From: a virus
Taxonomy: Duplodnaviria > Caudoviricetes
Strand: one strand, 5' to 3'
IMG/VR virus record: IMGVR_UViG_3300025803_000099
Location: 1-24,345 of that record
Length of the DNA: 24,345 nucleotides
Position numbers and translations under genes: made by a program. The notes beneath the pieces are model-generated. The model did not search any database. It saw only the letters and a program-made list of their open reading frames with translations, and was not told the origin of the DNA. Of the stretch, positions 16,051 through 24,345 are shown piece by piece (the first letter of the stretch is position 1; every line of letters begins with the position of its first letter).

Positions 16051-16348
16051 AGAATACTGCTACCGTAGAAGCGGAAGTAGGAGCAGAAACTTTTATTGGA
16101 CCATTCATACGAATGCCAAATTCAGGAACATACACTTCATTTACATCATTGTTTGTTGTATTTACAAACTTAATATTGTTGCCCTTGAGTGTTCCGTACT
16201 CATCTGTAGATGTACCTGTAATTAAAAAAGTACCTACGCCTGAAGCATTAAGAGAACGAACACGTGTATCAGCAACTGTAACGCTTGAAGCAACATCCAC
16301 AACTGCACCACTGCCTGTTACAAAACCCTGTCGAATGTTGGTTGGCAT
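16043..16348 (-). CDS. Small beta-rich virion protein (possible head spike/decoration)
   Basis: 101 aa; follows the capsid gene; YVPEFGIRM...VFYG ending; AAGGA RBS. Confidence 0.65.
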   Translation of the reverse strand: MPTNIRQGFVTGSGAVVDVASSVTVADTRVRSLNASGVGTFLITGTSTDEYGTLKGNNIKFVNTTNNDVNEVYVPEFGIRMNGPIKVSAPTSASTVAVFYG

Positions 16349-16378
16349 TTATTTTTTCCTTTAGACATATAATAAAAC

Positions 16379-16412
16379 TAGGTTTATTATACTTCATAAA
16401 ACCTAAATACAA
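16379..16412 (-). promoter_or_regulatory. Putative promoter TTGTAT-N15-TATAAT overlapping a TAGGTTT/AAACCTA inverted repeat
   Basis: Minus strand reads TTGTATTTAGGTTTTATGAAGTATAATAAACCTA. The -10 is perfect but the spacer is short. Confidence 0.4.
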
Positions 16413-16470
16413 AAGAAAGAAGGGCAGGGAAAAATAATTTAGTTTTCTTTCCCTACCCTTTACTTTCTTT
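16411..16470 (-). terminator. Rho-independent terminator after the major capsid gene
   Basis: Stem AAGGGTAGGGAAA / TTTCCCTGCCCTT followed by CTTTCTTTT on the minus strand. Confidence 0.8.
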
Positions 16471-16487
16471 AGTTTATTATGGTACTA

Positions 16488-17423
16488 TTAGGAAGAACCT
16501 GAAGCACCATAAAAACCACGCCAGTCGGACCAGCCAAAGCTGTAACGCTCACGTGCCTTGAACCGAAGATTACCTGTATCAAAGTCAGGTTCCATCTTGG
16601 TCTGTAGTGGTGCGCGAACAAACATCTTTGTACCATTTGGTGCGTCTGTCTTTAAGAACCAAGCATTTGTATCAGTGAAACGATGGTTTACAAAGAAACC
16701 ACCGGGAACTAGACCCTGATTACGAATGCTGTTAATGTCATTGACATTAGTAACACCAGTTGTGCTGTTAGTAGCAGTGGTGGTGCTTAATGTGCTGTTT
16801 AGAATCTGATCTGCAGTAAAGGCAAGATCAGGTGGAATGTGAAGAGACTCTGCACGAATACCGATTAGAATACCACGATCATCCTGTGCTTTGGAGATAG
16901 TGATAAGAGCAGATTCGAGAGATGCTTCTGAAAGATCGGTAGCGTCAAGATCATTGTCTTGAACACCACCATCAATGACTGGATGGTTGTCACTGAATAG
17001 TGGCTGACCATCACCACCAAGATAAGCATTGCTAAAGCCGTTATTGAAAACGTCTGCAGCTTTTACCTGCTTGGTGTTTGCCATTGCACGGGCAAGACCA
17101 CGTGCACGTAGTTTGGCAAATGTGTCATAGAGGTTGTCTTCCATTGCCTCTTCTGTAACTGAGAAGGCTAGACTGATTGTCTCGTGTGTGTAACGAGCAG
17201 TGTAGCTTTCTTGTGCGTCATCATACTGGACAGCAGCACCTTCACTCTTAACAGGTGCAGAACCAAATCCAGTAAATAGAACTTCTTCCTCAAATGCACG
17301 ATCTGAATTTTCAATATCGAATAGAGGTGCATGTTCATTATCAACATCACCATACTCAAGACCGAAAACGGCATTTAGACCGGGAAGAAGCTCTTTAGCA
17401 ATACTAGCGCGATTAATAGCCAT
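16488..17423 (-). CDS. Major capsid protein (HK97 fold, Mu gpT-like family)
   Basis: 311 aa; MAINRASIAKELLPGLNAVFG, SDRAFEEEV, GGDGQPLFS..HP, DFDTGNLRFKARERYSFGWSDWRG; strong AAGGAG RBS; followed by a terminator. Confidence 0.92.
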   Translation of the reverse strand: MAINRASIAKELLPGLNAVFGLEYGDVDNEHAPLFDIENSDRAFEEEVLFTGFGSAPVKSEGAAVQYDDAQESYTARYTHETISLAFSVTEEAMEDNLYDTFAKLRARGLARAMANTKQVKAADVFNNGFSNAYLGGDGQPLFSDNHPVIDGGVQDNDLDATDLSEASLESALITISKAQDDRGILIGIRAESLHIPPDLAFTADQILNSTLSTTTATNSTTGVTNVNDINSIRNQGLVPGGFFVNHRFTDTNAWFLKTDAPNGTKMFVRAPLQTKMEPDFDTGNLRFKARERYSFGWSDWRGFYGASGSS

Positions 17424-17446
17424 TATTAATTACTCCTTTCCCTTAC

Positions 17447-18031
17447 TTAGTTTACTGAAGCATCAGCAGAGATATATGCATCCACATGCTTCAAGATACG
17501 AACTTCCAGCTTGGGGAAGGCACGCTCTGTATTAACAGCAATGTCATTACCCGGTACATCAAGAACTGCAATTGCACGAAGCATTGCATTTCCTGTTGTA
17601 CGAGTGCTGGCTTTAATTCCAAATCCTGACTTGCCAGTAAAGGTAGAACCTGCACCAAGTGTAACATTAAAGTTTTGTGAATTGATATCTCCAGCAGAAA
17701 CTGTTGCGTCTGCCTGAACAATAAATGTTGCCTGTGGATTATCAACAACAGCAGCATATGCTTCTGTTACTGAAGTATTAGCTGGCCAGTAAGTTGACCA
17801 GCTTGGTTCACCATTAGCAACATAACGGCAACCCATGAAAACACCCATGGCTTTCTGAGTTGTAGTAGTTAGAACTTCAATATTCCCAGCATTGTTAACG
17901 ACGATATCACCAGTAAAAATGTTAGTGTCATAGGCACTCGCAATTGGATAGTCATTTGTGGCTTTGCTGTTTGGTGCACCACCACGAATGCGGGAAGGAG
18001 TAAGTCCATTTAGTGTCTTAGTAGTAGTCAT
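17447..18031 (-). CDS. Capsid decoration/cement-like protein
   Basis: 194 aa, beta-rich; IFTGDIV, GVFMGC.Y, YWPA motifs; immediately upstream of the capsid gene. Confidence 0.6.
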   Translation of the reverse strand: MTTTKTLNGLTPSRIRGGAPNSKATNDYPIASAYDTNIFTGDIVVNNAGNIEVLTTTTQKAMGVFMGCRYVANGEPSWSTYWPANTSVTEAYAAVVDNPQATFIVQADATVSAGDINSQNFNVTLGAGSTFTGKSGFGIKASTRTTGNAMLRAIAVLDVPGNDIAVNTERAFPKLEVRILKHVDAYISADASVN

Positions 18032-18081
18032 AACACTATGTTCCTTTCCTTGTTAAATACATTGACAAACAGGAAAACAAA

Positions 18082-18564
18082 CTAATCTTGAAAAGACGCT
18101 CGCCGTCCTGTTGTAACTTTTGATCGACTAGAGTTAGAGATAGGCATACGAGAATCAGAGTTGTTCATTAGCTGCATGTTAACAGCTTGTACTGCCTCTC
18201 TACTCTTGTTTTCATAGTATTCTTGACGAGATTCAGCTAGGTCAGTAGGCATTTTGCCTAAAGCCAAGTCTCCACGACAGACCGCTCCTGCATATCGTCC
18301 TTCTTCCCTCACGACGGAAGATATAAGCATTTCAGGAACTTCTTCCTGACTGACTAATTCCCAACCTTCGGCTAAACGCTTGCCAATGTTTTGAATGTCG
18401 TCTTGTCCCTTCAAAGTAATTCGCAGCCAGCGAAGAGACATTCCTTCACTCTTAAAACGGTTGCGAACTGTGTCAGGAATATTTAACCAATTTGGTTCTT
18501 CAAAAACTCTACGAGTTTTATTTTCCCTCATGCTTGATTCTCGTGATGTTGTGTTTCGTGTCAT
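18082..18564 (-). CDS. Conserved head-module hypothetical protein
   Basis: 160 aa; LRWLR...D..N...RLAEGWELV...GDLALGKMP motif, located between the scaffold and capsid genes. Confidence 0.7.
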   Translation of the reverse strand: MTRNTTSRESSMRENKTRRVFEEPNWLNIPDTVRNRFKSEGMSLRWLRITLKGQDDIQNIGKRLAEGWELVSQEEVPEMLISSVVREEGRYAGAVCRGDLALGKMPTDLAESRQEYYENKSREAVQAVNMQLMNNSDSRMPISNSSRSKVTTGRRASFQD

Positions 18565-18589
18565 TGTATTTGTCCTTCCTTATCCACGC

Positions 18590-19570
18590 TTAACTATAAA
18601 CACTGGTGTATTCGCCATCAGCCTGTTCGACCTTTAGCTTTTCAGCAGCGTACTTTTCAAGTGGTATACCCCATTTATTTGCCAACCTTACATCCTCTTG
18701 AGTAAGTTTGACTTTATTGCTACTCTGAGAAGTTTTTGGTGTGCGTGACGCACCCGCTACCACTTGAGCAGAACTTGTAGTCGTGTCCTGCAAACGAGGT
18801 GTTTCAGGTTCAGAGTTAATATCCTGAAACTTGTGAGGATAACGATGACGTAAACGATTGTCAACTTCCTCGTAGAAATCATCATCTGAAGGATCATAAC
18901 CTTCACCCTTCAGTTCTTGGTCAATAGTAAGAGCAGCGGCAGTCATAATCTGATCTTGACCAAACCATGAATTTTTAGTTGCCCATTCTACTGCCTTTGG
19001 ATCGTACTCTTGAGTCTGTTGTTGCTGTTGTGCAACTTGTGCTGCTCGCTGCCCATTTGACTCTAAAGCACGATTGTATTCTTCCCAAGCTGCCTTCTGC
19101 TGTTCAACACGATTTTTTTCTGCATAGGCTTTGCTCATGCTTTCTTGTGCTGTCAGCATTCCGTCAGTATCACCTGATTCAACGGCTTGCTTGTATAACT
19201 GTTTAGCTGCTTCAATGTTTGATTCTAATTGATTCTCAGTGCTGTCAATAGAATTTTTTAAACTTGAAGAAAGCTGTGTATCTCTTTCCTGTACAGCAGA
19301 ACGTAGATTATTAATTTCACTACGTAGCTGTTGTAATTCTTCATCGCGTTCTTTACGCTGACGAATTAATTGTCTAATTCTTTTCTCTGCACCCTTGGTC
19401 TGAATACCGTCTAGTTCTTCAGGTTGTTCTTCTTCTTTTTCTTGCTTCTTCTCAACCTTCTTAACTTCTGGTGCAGCTTCTAATTCTTCTTCTTCTTCAA
19501 CTTCAAACTCAACTTTAGGAGTTTTGTCCTCATCTGAATTTACGTCAACTGTTGACCATTCTTCACTCAT
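18590..19570 (-). CDS. Scaffolding protein
   Basis: 326 aa; acidic N-terminus, KRIRQL coiled coil, DPKAVEWATKNSWFG, C-terminal VKLTQED...A.KWGIPLEKYA capsid-binding helix. Confidence 0.8.
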   Translation of the reverse strand: MSEEWSTVDVNSDEDKTPKVEFEVEEEEELEAAPEVKKVEKKQEKEEEQPEELDGIQTKGAEKRIRQLIRQRKERDEELQQLRSEINNLRSAVQERDTQLSSSLKNSIDSTENQLESNIEAAKQLYKQAVESGDTDGMLTAQESMSKAYAEKNRVEQQKAAWEEYNRALESNGQRAAQVAQQQQQTQEYDPKAVEWATKNSWFGQDQIMTAAALTIDQELKGEGYDPSDDDFYEEVDNRLRHRYPHKFQDINSEPETPRLQDTTTSSAQVVAGASRTPKTSQSSNKVKLTQEDVRLANKWGIPLEKYAAEKLKVEQADGEYTSVYS

Positions 19571-19644
19571 TAATATATTTCCTTTTTCTCTTACCCGTTA
19601 GCAGCGAATCTAACGTATTGGTTTAATCTACCCGCTGTATTAGT

Positions 19645-19673
19645 ATATTACAATAAATTATTATAAGATACAA
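19645..19673 (-). promoter_or_regulatory. Putative sigma70-like promoter for the scaffold-capsid operon
   Basis: TTGTAT (19673-19668), 17-nt spacer, TAATAT (19650-19645), in an AT-rich 105-bp intergenic gap. Confidence 0.5.
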
Positions 19674-19675
19674 AT

Positions 19676-20098
19676 TTAATTTGAAAGATGATATGTAGGA
19701 TCAAGTAAACTTGGCTTTTCAACTTTCATAATTACTTGATCATCAAAGATAAGAAGTAGCTTCATACCTTTGTACATAAACTTCTGTCCTGAATACTTTG
19801 CGTAACAAATATAGTCACCTACTTCACACCATGCTCCGTTAGGAAACTTGTCTTCGTCTTTGTAAGCTAAGTCACCTTTCTTTAAAACTTTAGCAACGGT
19901 AGTGAGGTAAGCTACATCGTCCTTTACTTTATCAGGTAGAATAATACCACCTTTTGTCTTCTGCTTTACTGCTACTGGAAGAACCAGTAGATGAAAGCCG
20001 GGAATGCTTGGCAAACTTTTAAGGTCTACCTTTACTGCACTCTCGTCTGTTACCCAATCAGCAGCATCAACTGCCTTATCCATTCGTACTGCTTGCAT
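19676..20098 (-). CDS. groES: Phage-encoded GroES-like co-chaperonin
   Basis: 140 aa; mobile loop KTKGGIILPD, AKVLKKG, VGDYI.YAKYSG, LLIFDDQV match the Cpn10 pattern. Confidence 0.88.
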   Translation of the reverse strand: MQAVRMDKAVDAADWVTDESAVKVDLKSLPSIPGFHLLVLPVAVKQKTKGGIILPDKVKDDVAYLTTVAKVLKKGDLAYKDEDKFPNGAWCEVGDYICYAKYSGQKFMYKGMKLLLIFDDQVIMKVEKPSLLDPTYHLSN

Positions 20099-20296
20099 CT
20101 AGTCCATATCCTCCTCTTCATAGATACGTTGTTTTACAATGTGCTTGAGGCATTCAGTTGCCCATTCCACACCTTCAATCACACCCACTGCGTGACGATA
20201 TTCATCGTAACTTGAAGCGTTGCCATATGCAAGAGAATTTTTTAAGTCTAGTATTTTTTCTTCGTACTTTAAATTCAACTCATCCCAAAAGTTCAA
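20099..20296 (-). CDS. Small conserved protein downstream of portal
   Basis: 65 aa; LAYGNASSYDEYRHAVGVIEG; its stop abuts the GroES start. Confidence 0.7.
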   Translation of the reverse strand: MNFWDELNLKYEEKILDLKNSLAYGNASSYDEYRHAVGVIEGVEWATECLKHIVKQRIYEEEDMD

Positions 20297-20302
20297 AACC
20301 TA

Positions 20303-22828
20303 TTATCCCCTACGTGCCTGTCCAATAAAGTTAGTTAACATGTCTGCTGCTTTCAGTGCCTTGTCCTTGTCAATGCTTGCTTCTGTCTTGGCAAGATCAA
20401 TAAGAGCATCCAAAGCTGCAATTGCTTTCTTTGCATTACGATCCAGTTCTTTTTCTTCTTTTGCACTAGAAAGGTTAGCACCTTCCTTGAACATATTCAA
20501 CTGAATTTCCATTTCCTTTAGATCAAGTTCACGGTTCTTGTTAGCGGCAGTAGCAGCTTCCTTTGCCATCTGTGTTTGAACTTTCTGTTGCTCAACACCC
20601 AGACGCTGCTGTTCAATCTGAACCATCTGTGCTTCAGGTGTAGCTGCCATTTGCATCTGTGCTGCAGCTTGATTTGCCTGTGCCACTTGTTGTGCAGCAG
20701 CAGCAATAACCTGTTCCATAAGACGTGGGTCTTGTACGTCCACACCTGCAGCAGCAGCTTCAGGTCCGTACTGTGCAATCATTTCTTTTGACACACCACT
20801 AATCTGTTCCTGATACTTCATCACCATATGTTCCTGAATGTTTGCTTGCAGTACAGGAACAATACGTTGCATCATAGGATTAGCACCATTCATCGGGTCT
20901 TGGATGTACATGGTCTTTACTTGAATGTGTGCATCGTGGTTCTGACCAACAAATGCTTGAATTGGCATACCTTTAACTGCAGCTTGAATATCACTAACAG
21001 GATCAAGAGGCATTGGTGAAGGCTTTTCAGGCATGATCTTGTCCAGATTAGGAATGTTTGCTGCCTGAAGAATTGTCTTGTTAAGTTCTTCCACATTGAA
21101 CATACCGGGAGGTGCTGACTGAGACAACTGCAGTGCAAGCTGTGCCATCATCATACGGTGTGCAGAGGAAGGAATATTAGGATCAGATACAGGAATAATA
21201 TCAATCCTGCCATCAAAGTCATTACGATAGATATTAAGTGTACCGTTTGGAATATCTACCATTGATTCTTCAGGTAGATATTCATAGTTAATTCTACTTA
21301 GTAATTTAAATTCGTCATGTTGTGACTTGTGTAGTCGTTTGTGAATTGCACTAAAGAATTTGCTGCTTGCTTCCAACAGTGCCATTGTTGTGCCAACAGG
21401 ACCGTAACTTGCTGCATCTGAAATAACCTGTTCGGTTGTATCGGCAAACTTCTGTGCAGTAGCAGTAACAAAGTTAAGCATCTGAAACAAAGTCTGTGAA
21501 GGTTCTTTGTATGGCAGATTGATGATCATCTTGGACAGATCATTACCTGTAGCTTCAACTTCTCTAAACTCACCGGGAGCAATCGGATCATTGTCACCTA
21601 CAATACGCATACCCTTCGCCTTAAAGCCACCGGGTAGGTTTGCAAACTGACCTGCATCAACCAAGCTACGCATTGCTGCAGTTGCAGTCATGGTAAGATT
21701 ACCAAGGAAATGAATCAATCCTAGACCATAAAAACCAAAACCGGGAACAAAACGATAATGAGTAAAGAAGATTTTCTTTTCTCTGCGTCGATCATCTTTA
21801 TTGTAGTTTCTGCGAATAGACAAAACCTGACGGCTCTGTTCTTCAATGGTAACAATATAGGGAAGAGACAAACCATCATCGTCTGCAAACTTACCGGGCA
21901 GATCAAGATAGCAGTGCTGCTCAAGAAGAACGTACTGTGGATCGTGACTACCAGAAGGAGACAGACCCATAATTGTATCCATCTTCTGACTGATAGGAGC
22001 AAACTCTGGTGTACTTGCTTCAGGTAGGTCTATGTCTGCGTACATTCCTGCTGCCATGTCTCGCTGCATCTCTACTGGTGAGCGATAGATAACATGCGTG
22101 TAGCGATCTGCTCTGCGTAGATCGGTAGCATAGTAAGACACATAAAACTGGTCAATAGGAACAAACTCTGATACAGGTCGGTTTAAACTGCTGTCAAAGT
22201 AAATCTTTTTAAATGCTGATCCAATAAGCGGCAGGTGAAAGAGCATACGCTCAAACTCGTCAAAGTACTCAGGCATTTGTTCAGTGATCTGATAGTTCAT
22301 AAAGTCTTTGACTCTATGGCTTTGCTTTTCTTTTTCTTCTGATACTTCACCAATGATCTGGGACTTTACTGGTCCACTGGCAGGAAACAATTCCTGTGTT
22401 GCCTTTGACTGAAACTTAACTGCTGACTCAATAAGGATTGGATGAACTGCAGTACATGCACCTTCAAATGGTTCTGATGCTTCTTCCAGCTTTAGACCTA
22501 ACAGATCAAAGCCACGTTCAAACATACTTTCCCATTCTGCTCGACTGTCCTTGTCTGCAGTAAAGTTGTCATGTACTTGAATGGCAATGTCTTCAAGAGT
22601 TTCTTCGTCCAGATCGTCTACCAAGTTTCTAAAAAACTCTTCGTCCTTCTCCTCGATCTGTTCGTCAGACAAGCCTTCATTAAGATTACTCTTAAACTCT
22701 ACTACAATACCACCATCACTAGGATCGTATTCCATGCTTGCATTTGAATCTTCATTCTCAGTTTCAATCTCTACGACTGAAAGTTCTACTGAAGGAATAG
22801 GATCAAAAGGATTGCGTTCAGTTGCCAT
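20303..22828 (-). CDS. Portal protein (P22-like, long C-terminal coiled coil)
   Basis: 841 aa; PFEGAC.AVHP, ELFPASGPVK, LPLIGSAFKK, PGFGFYGLGL, LVDAGQFANLPGGFK, VSDPN motifs; follows the terminase gene. Confidence 0.92.
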   Translation of the reverse strand: MATERNPFDPIPSVELSVVEIETENEDSNASMEYDPSDGGIVVEFKSNLNEGLSDEQIEEKDEEFFRNLVDDLDEETLEDIAIQVHDNFTADKDSRAEWESMFERGFDLLGLKLEEASEPFEGACTAVHPILIESAVKFQSKATQELFPASGPVKSQIIGEVSEEKEKQSHRVKDFMNYQITEQMPEYFDEFERMLFHLPLIGSAFKKIYFDSSLNRPVSEFVPIDQFYVSYYATDLRRADRYTHVIYRSPVEMQRDMAAGMYADIDLPEASTPEFAPISQKMDTIMGLSPSGSHDPQYVLLEQHCYLDLPGKFADDDGLSLPYIVTIEEQSRQVLSIRRNYNKDDRRREKKIFFTHYRFVPGFGFYGLGLIHFLGNLTMTATAAMRSLVDAGQFANLPGGFKAKGMRIVGDNDPIAPGEFREVEATGNDLSKMIINLPYKEPSQTLFQMLNFVTATAQKFADTTEQVISDAASYGPVGTTMALLEASSKFFSAIHKRLHKSQHDEFKLLSRINYEYLPEESMVDIPNGTLNIYRNDFDGRIDIIPVSDPNIPSSAHRMMMAQLALQLSQSAPPGMFNVEELNKTILQAANIPNLDKIMPEKPSPMPLDPVSDIQAAVKGMPIQAFVGQNHDAHIQVKTMYIQDPMNGANPMMQRIVPVLQANIQEHMVMKYQEQISGVSKEMIAQYGPEAAAAGVDVQDPRLMEQVIAAAAQQVAQANQAAAQMQMAATPEAQMVQIEQQRLGVEQQKVQTQMAKEAATAANKNRELDLKEMEIQLNMFKEGANLSSAKEEKELDRNAKKAIAALDALIDLAKTEASIDKDKALKAADMLTNFIGQARRG

Positions 22829-22856
22829 GTTTTATATTGCCCTTGCTGTATAATTG

Positions 22857-23513
22857 TTATGTGTGATAAACAAAAATATAATCTGCTACTGTTTTACCTA
22901 CGCAGTCCATACCCAGATCAGCAACAAGGTAGTCTGCTATTTCCTGTTGTGTAGTACCAAATCGTTCACACGTATTTTTAATTTCAATATTGATTACAGG
23001 TTTTGTACGTTTGATTGTTTCACTTGCTCCCTTGAGAAACTGTAATTCAAAACCTTCAACGTCCACTTTAATGTAATCAATCTTTTCAAAGTCAAAAGAG
23101 TCAAGTGTCTTTAGTACTGCCTTGTACTCTCCCTGTTCTACATCCGTAGTGATTGAAGCAGTACCGCTATTACCTTCCGCAGCGTACTCCAGTGCAATCT
23201 CTACATCATTCTCTGCTCCCAGTGCATAAGGTAGTATTTCAAATCTATCACTAGGAAAACCTGACAGATTACGTGTAAGACATTCCCTGTGTATTTCAAT
23301 TGGTTCAAAACAATAAACCTTATTGAACTTGTTACACAAGTCTACTGCCCATGTACCTACATGACTGCCTACATCCAATGCAACATCAAAGTCATCTACA
23401 AACTGTAAACTTCTTATTCTGTGTGGCTTTTGATACTCTTCTCCTGAAAAGTGATCATCGTTGACAGGAAAATAAAAGTCCTGCCTCTTTTCTAATTCAT
23501 ATGCAAGTTTCAT
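22857..23513 (-). CDS. FkbM-family SAM-dependent methyltransferase
   Basis: 218 aa; LDVGSHVGTW, VYCFEP, PYALG, TLDSF, DYIKVDVEGFE..FLKGA..TI....PVI.IE signature. Confidence 0.9.
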   Translation of the reverse strand: MKLAYELEKRQDFYFPVNDDHFSGEEYQKPHRIRSLQFVDDFDVALDVGSHVGTWAVDLCNKFNKVYCFEPIEIHRECLTRNLSGFPSDRFEILPYALGAENDVEIALEYAAEGNSGTASITTDVEQGEYKAVLKTLDSFDFEKIDYIKVDVEGFELQFLKGASETIKRTKPVINIEIKNTCERFGTTQQEIADYLVADLGMDCVGKTVADYIFVYHT

Positions 23514-23528
23514 TTTTAGATTATAACC

Positions 23529-24344
23529 TCAAACTCTCCAATATGCAACACGTTTCTGCCTGCGTGGATTAACATCGTCCTCCCAGTCCGGGTCTTCAGG
23601 ATGTTCCAAACGCCAACTGTCCTTGACATAATGTATTGCCATGGTCATTGCGTCCACCTGATCATCATGTCTGCCATAGGGAAACAGTATCATTTCCTCG
23701 TACAATTCTCTTGCCCATTCCTTTCCCTTTGGTAACCACACTCTTCCTGCTTCCAACAAGGGAGAAGCAGTAAATACTCTTGACACTTTGTCCTTGTCAG
23801 GCATATACTCCAAGACAGGAAGACCACTTCTTCTCATGTCCTGTATGAGTGACTGTCCACTTGCTTTCTTTTCTACCACACAAATATCAGGCTTATGCTT
23901 TTGATATTCCTGTTGTGCAATACGTCTTAGATCAGGATATTCAAATCTACCACGTACACTACCCAGTAGCAACAAATTACTTGCTACTCCCTCTATACCG
24001 TCCTCACTATCCTCATGGAAATGAAACACTCCCCACGTCTGTATAACACTGTAGTCTGCTGTTGTCTTTGTACTAAAGGCAGTGTCATAAGTTTGCATGA
24101 TAAAGTCACAGCTTGGTGGTTCTTCGTACTCCCACCAGTTGATCCAGTTCTTCTTGATAAGACTACCCTCATCAGGTGTGGGGTTTTGCATGTACAGGCT
24201 TTCCCAATACTTTGATCCATTGGTTGCCTTAATTTCCATCTCGTCTATTCGTAATGTTTCATCGTCCTTCCATTCAGGAAAGTAACTTGTACCTTCAGGA
24301 AGACCCAACAGCTTACTAGACTTTTCGTCTAACCATGCAGGTAT
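23529..24344 (-). CDS. terL: Terminase large subunit, C-terminal nuclease part (5' truncated by the window)
   Basis: Frame stays open to the window edge (IPAWLDEKSSKLLGLPEG...). LYMQNP, DTAFS...ADYS, VEKKASGQSLIQD, DKVSR, FP.GRHDDQVDA motifs. Confidence 0.93.
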   Translation of the reverse strand: MPAWLDEKSSKLLGLPEGTSYFPEWKDDETLRIDEMEIKATNGSKYWESLYMQNPTPDEGSLIKKNWINWWEYEEPPSCDFIMQTYDTAFSTKTTADYSVIQTWGVFHFHEDSEDGIEGVASNLLLLGSVRGRFEYPDLRRIAQQEYQKHKPDICVVEKKASGQSLIQDMRRSGLPVLEYMPDKDKVSRVFTASPLLEAGRVWLPKGKEWARELYEEMILFPYGRHDDQVDAMTMAIHYVKDSWRLEHPEDPDWEDDVNPRRQKRVAYWRV

Positions 24345-24345
24345 A

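Noticed and set aside
22857-23513. DNA methyltransferase explaining the CCWGG bias
   Set aside because: Motifs match FkbM (KVDVEG.E), with no PCQ or DPPY catalytic motif.
1226-24285. Other plus-strand and nested alternative-frame ORFs (e.g. 1226..1585, 6183..6713, 7166..7558, 14678..15016)
   Set aside because: All overlap well-supported minus-strand genes and have shadow-like composition.
1-24345. tRNA, rRNA, intron/intein, integrase or stop-codon reassignment
   Set aside because: Intergenic gaps are short and explained, core genes are uninterrupted in the standard code, and no such motifs were seen.

Overview
This window is a continuous, roughly 38-40% GC segment of a tailed dsDNA phage (podovirus-like, with P22/BPP-1-style morphogenesis; the protein families resemble those of uncultured aquatic phages). 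All credible genes are on the minus strand. Reading right to left: terminase large subunit (5' end cut by the window), FkbM-type methyltransferase, portal, small protein, GroES-like co-chaperonin, scaffold, conserved head protein, decoration protein, major capsid protein, terminator, adaptor, a cluster of seven mostly Lys/Arg-rich small proteins (three missing from the ORF track), second adaptor, Cys-rich protein, coiled-coil fibre, lectin-like receptor-binding protein, fibre chaperone, exported protein, second fibre, tail nozzle, small proteins, and a 1002-aa ejection-type protein with lysozyme and LysM domains. The most striking signals are four. (1) A recurring phi-x-x-G-G-x-phi motif partitions the ejection protein into cassettes of sharply different GC content and also marks the basic micro-proteins, suggesting a virion cargo addressing or processing system. 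(2) A 39-aa basic peptide copies the N-terminus of the major capsid protein. (3) CCWGG is avoided, visible in Pro-Gly codon choice. (4) Two fibres share the same C-terminal domain. All calls come from motif recognition by eye; no database searches were run.
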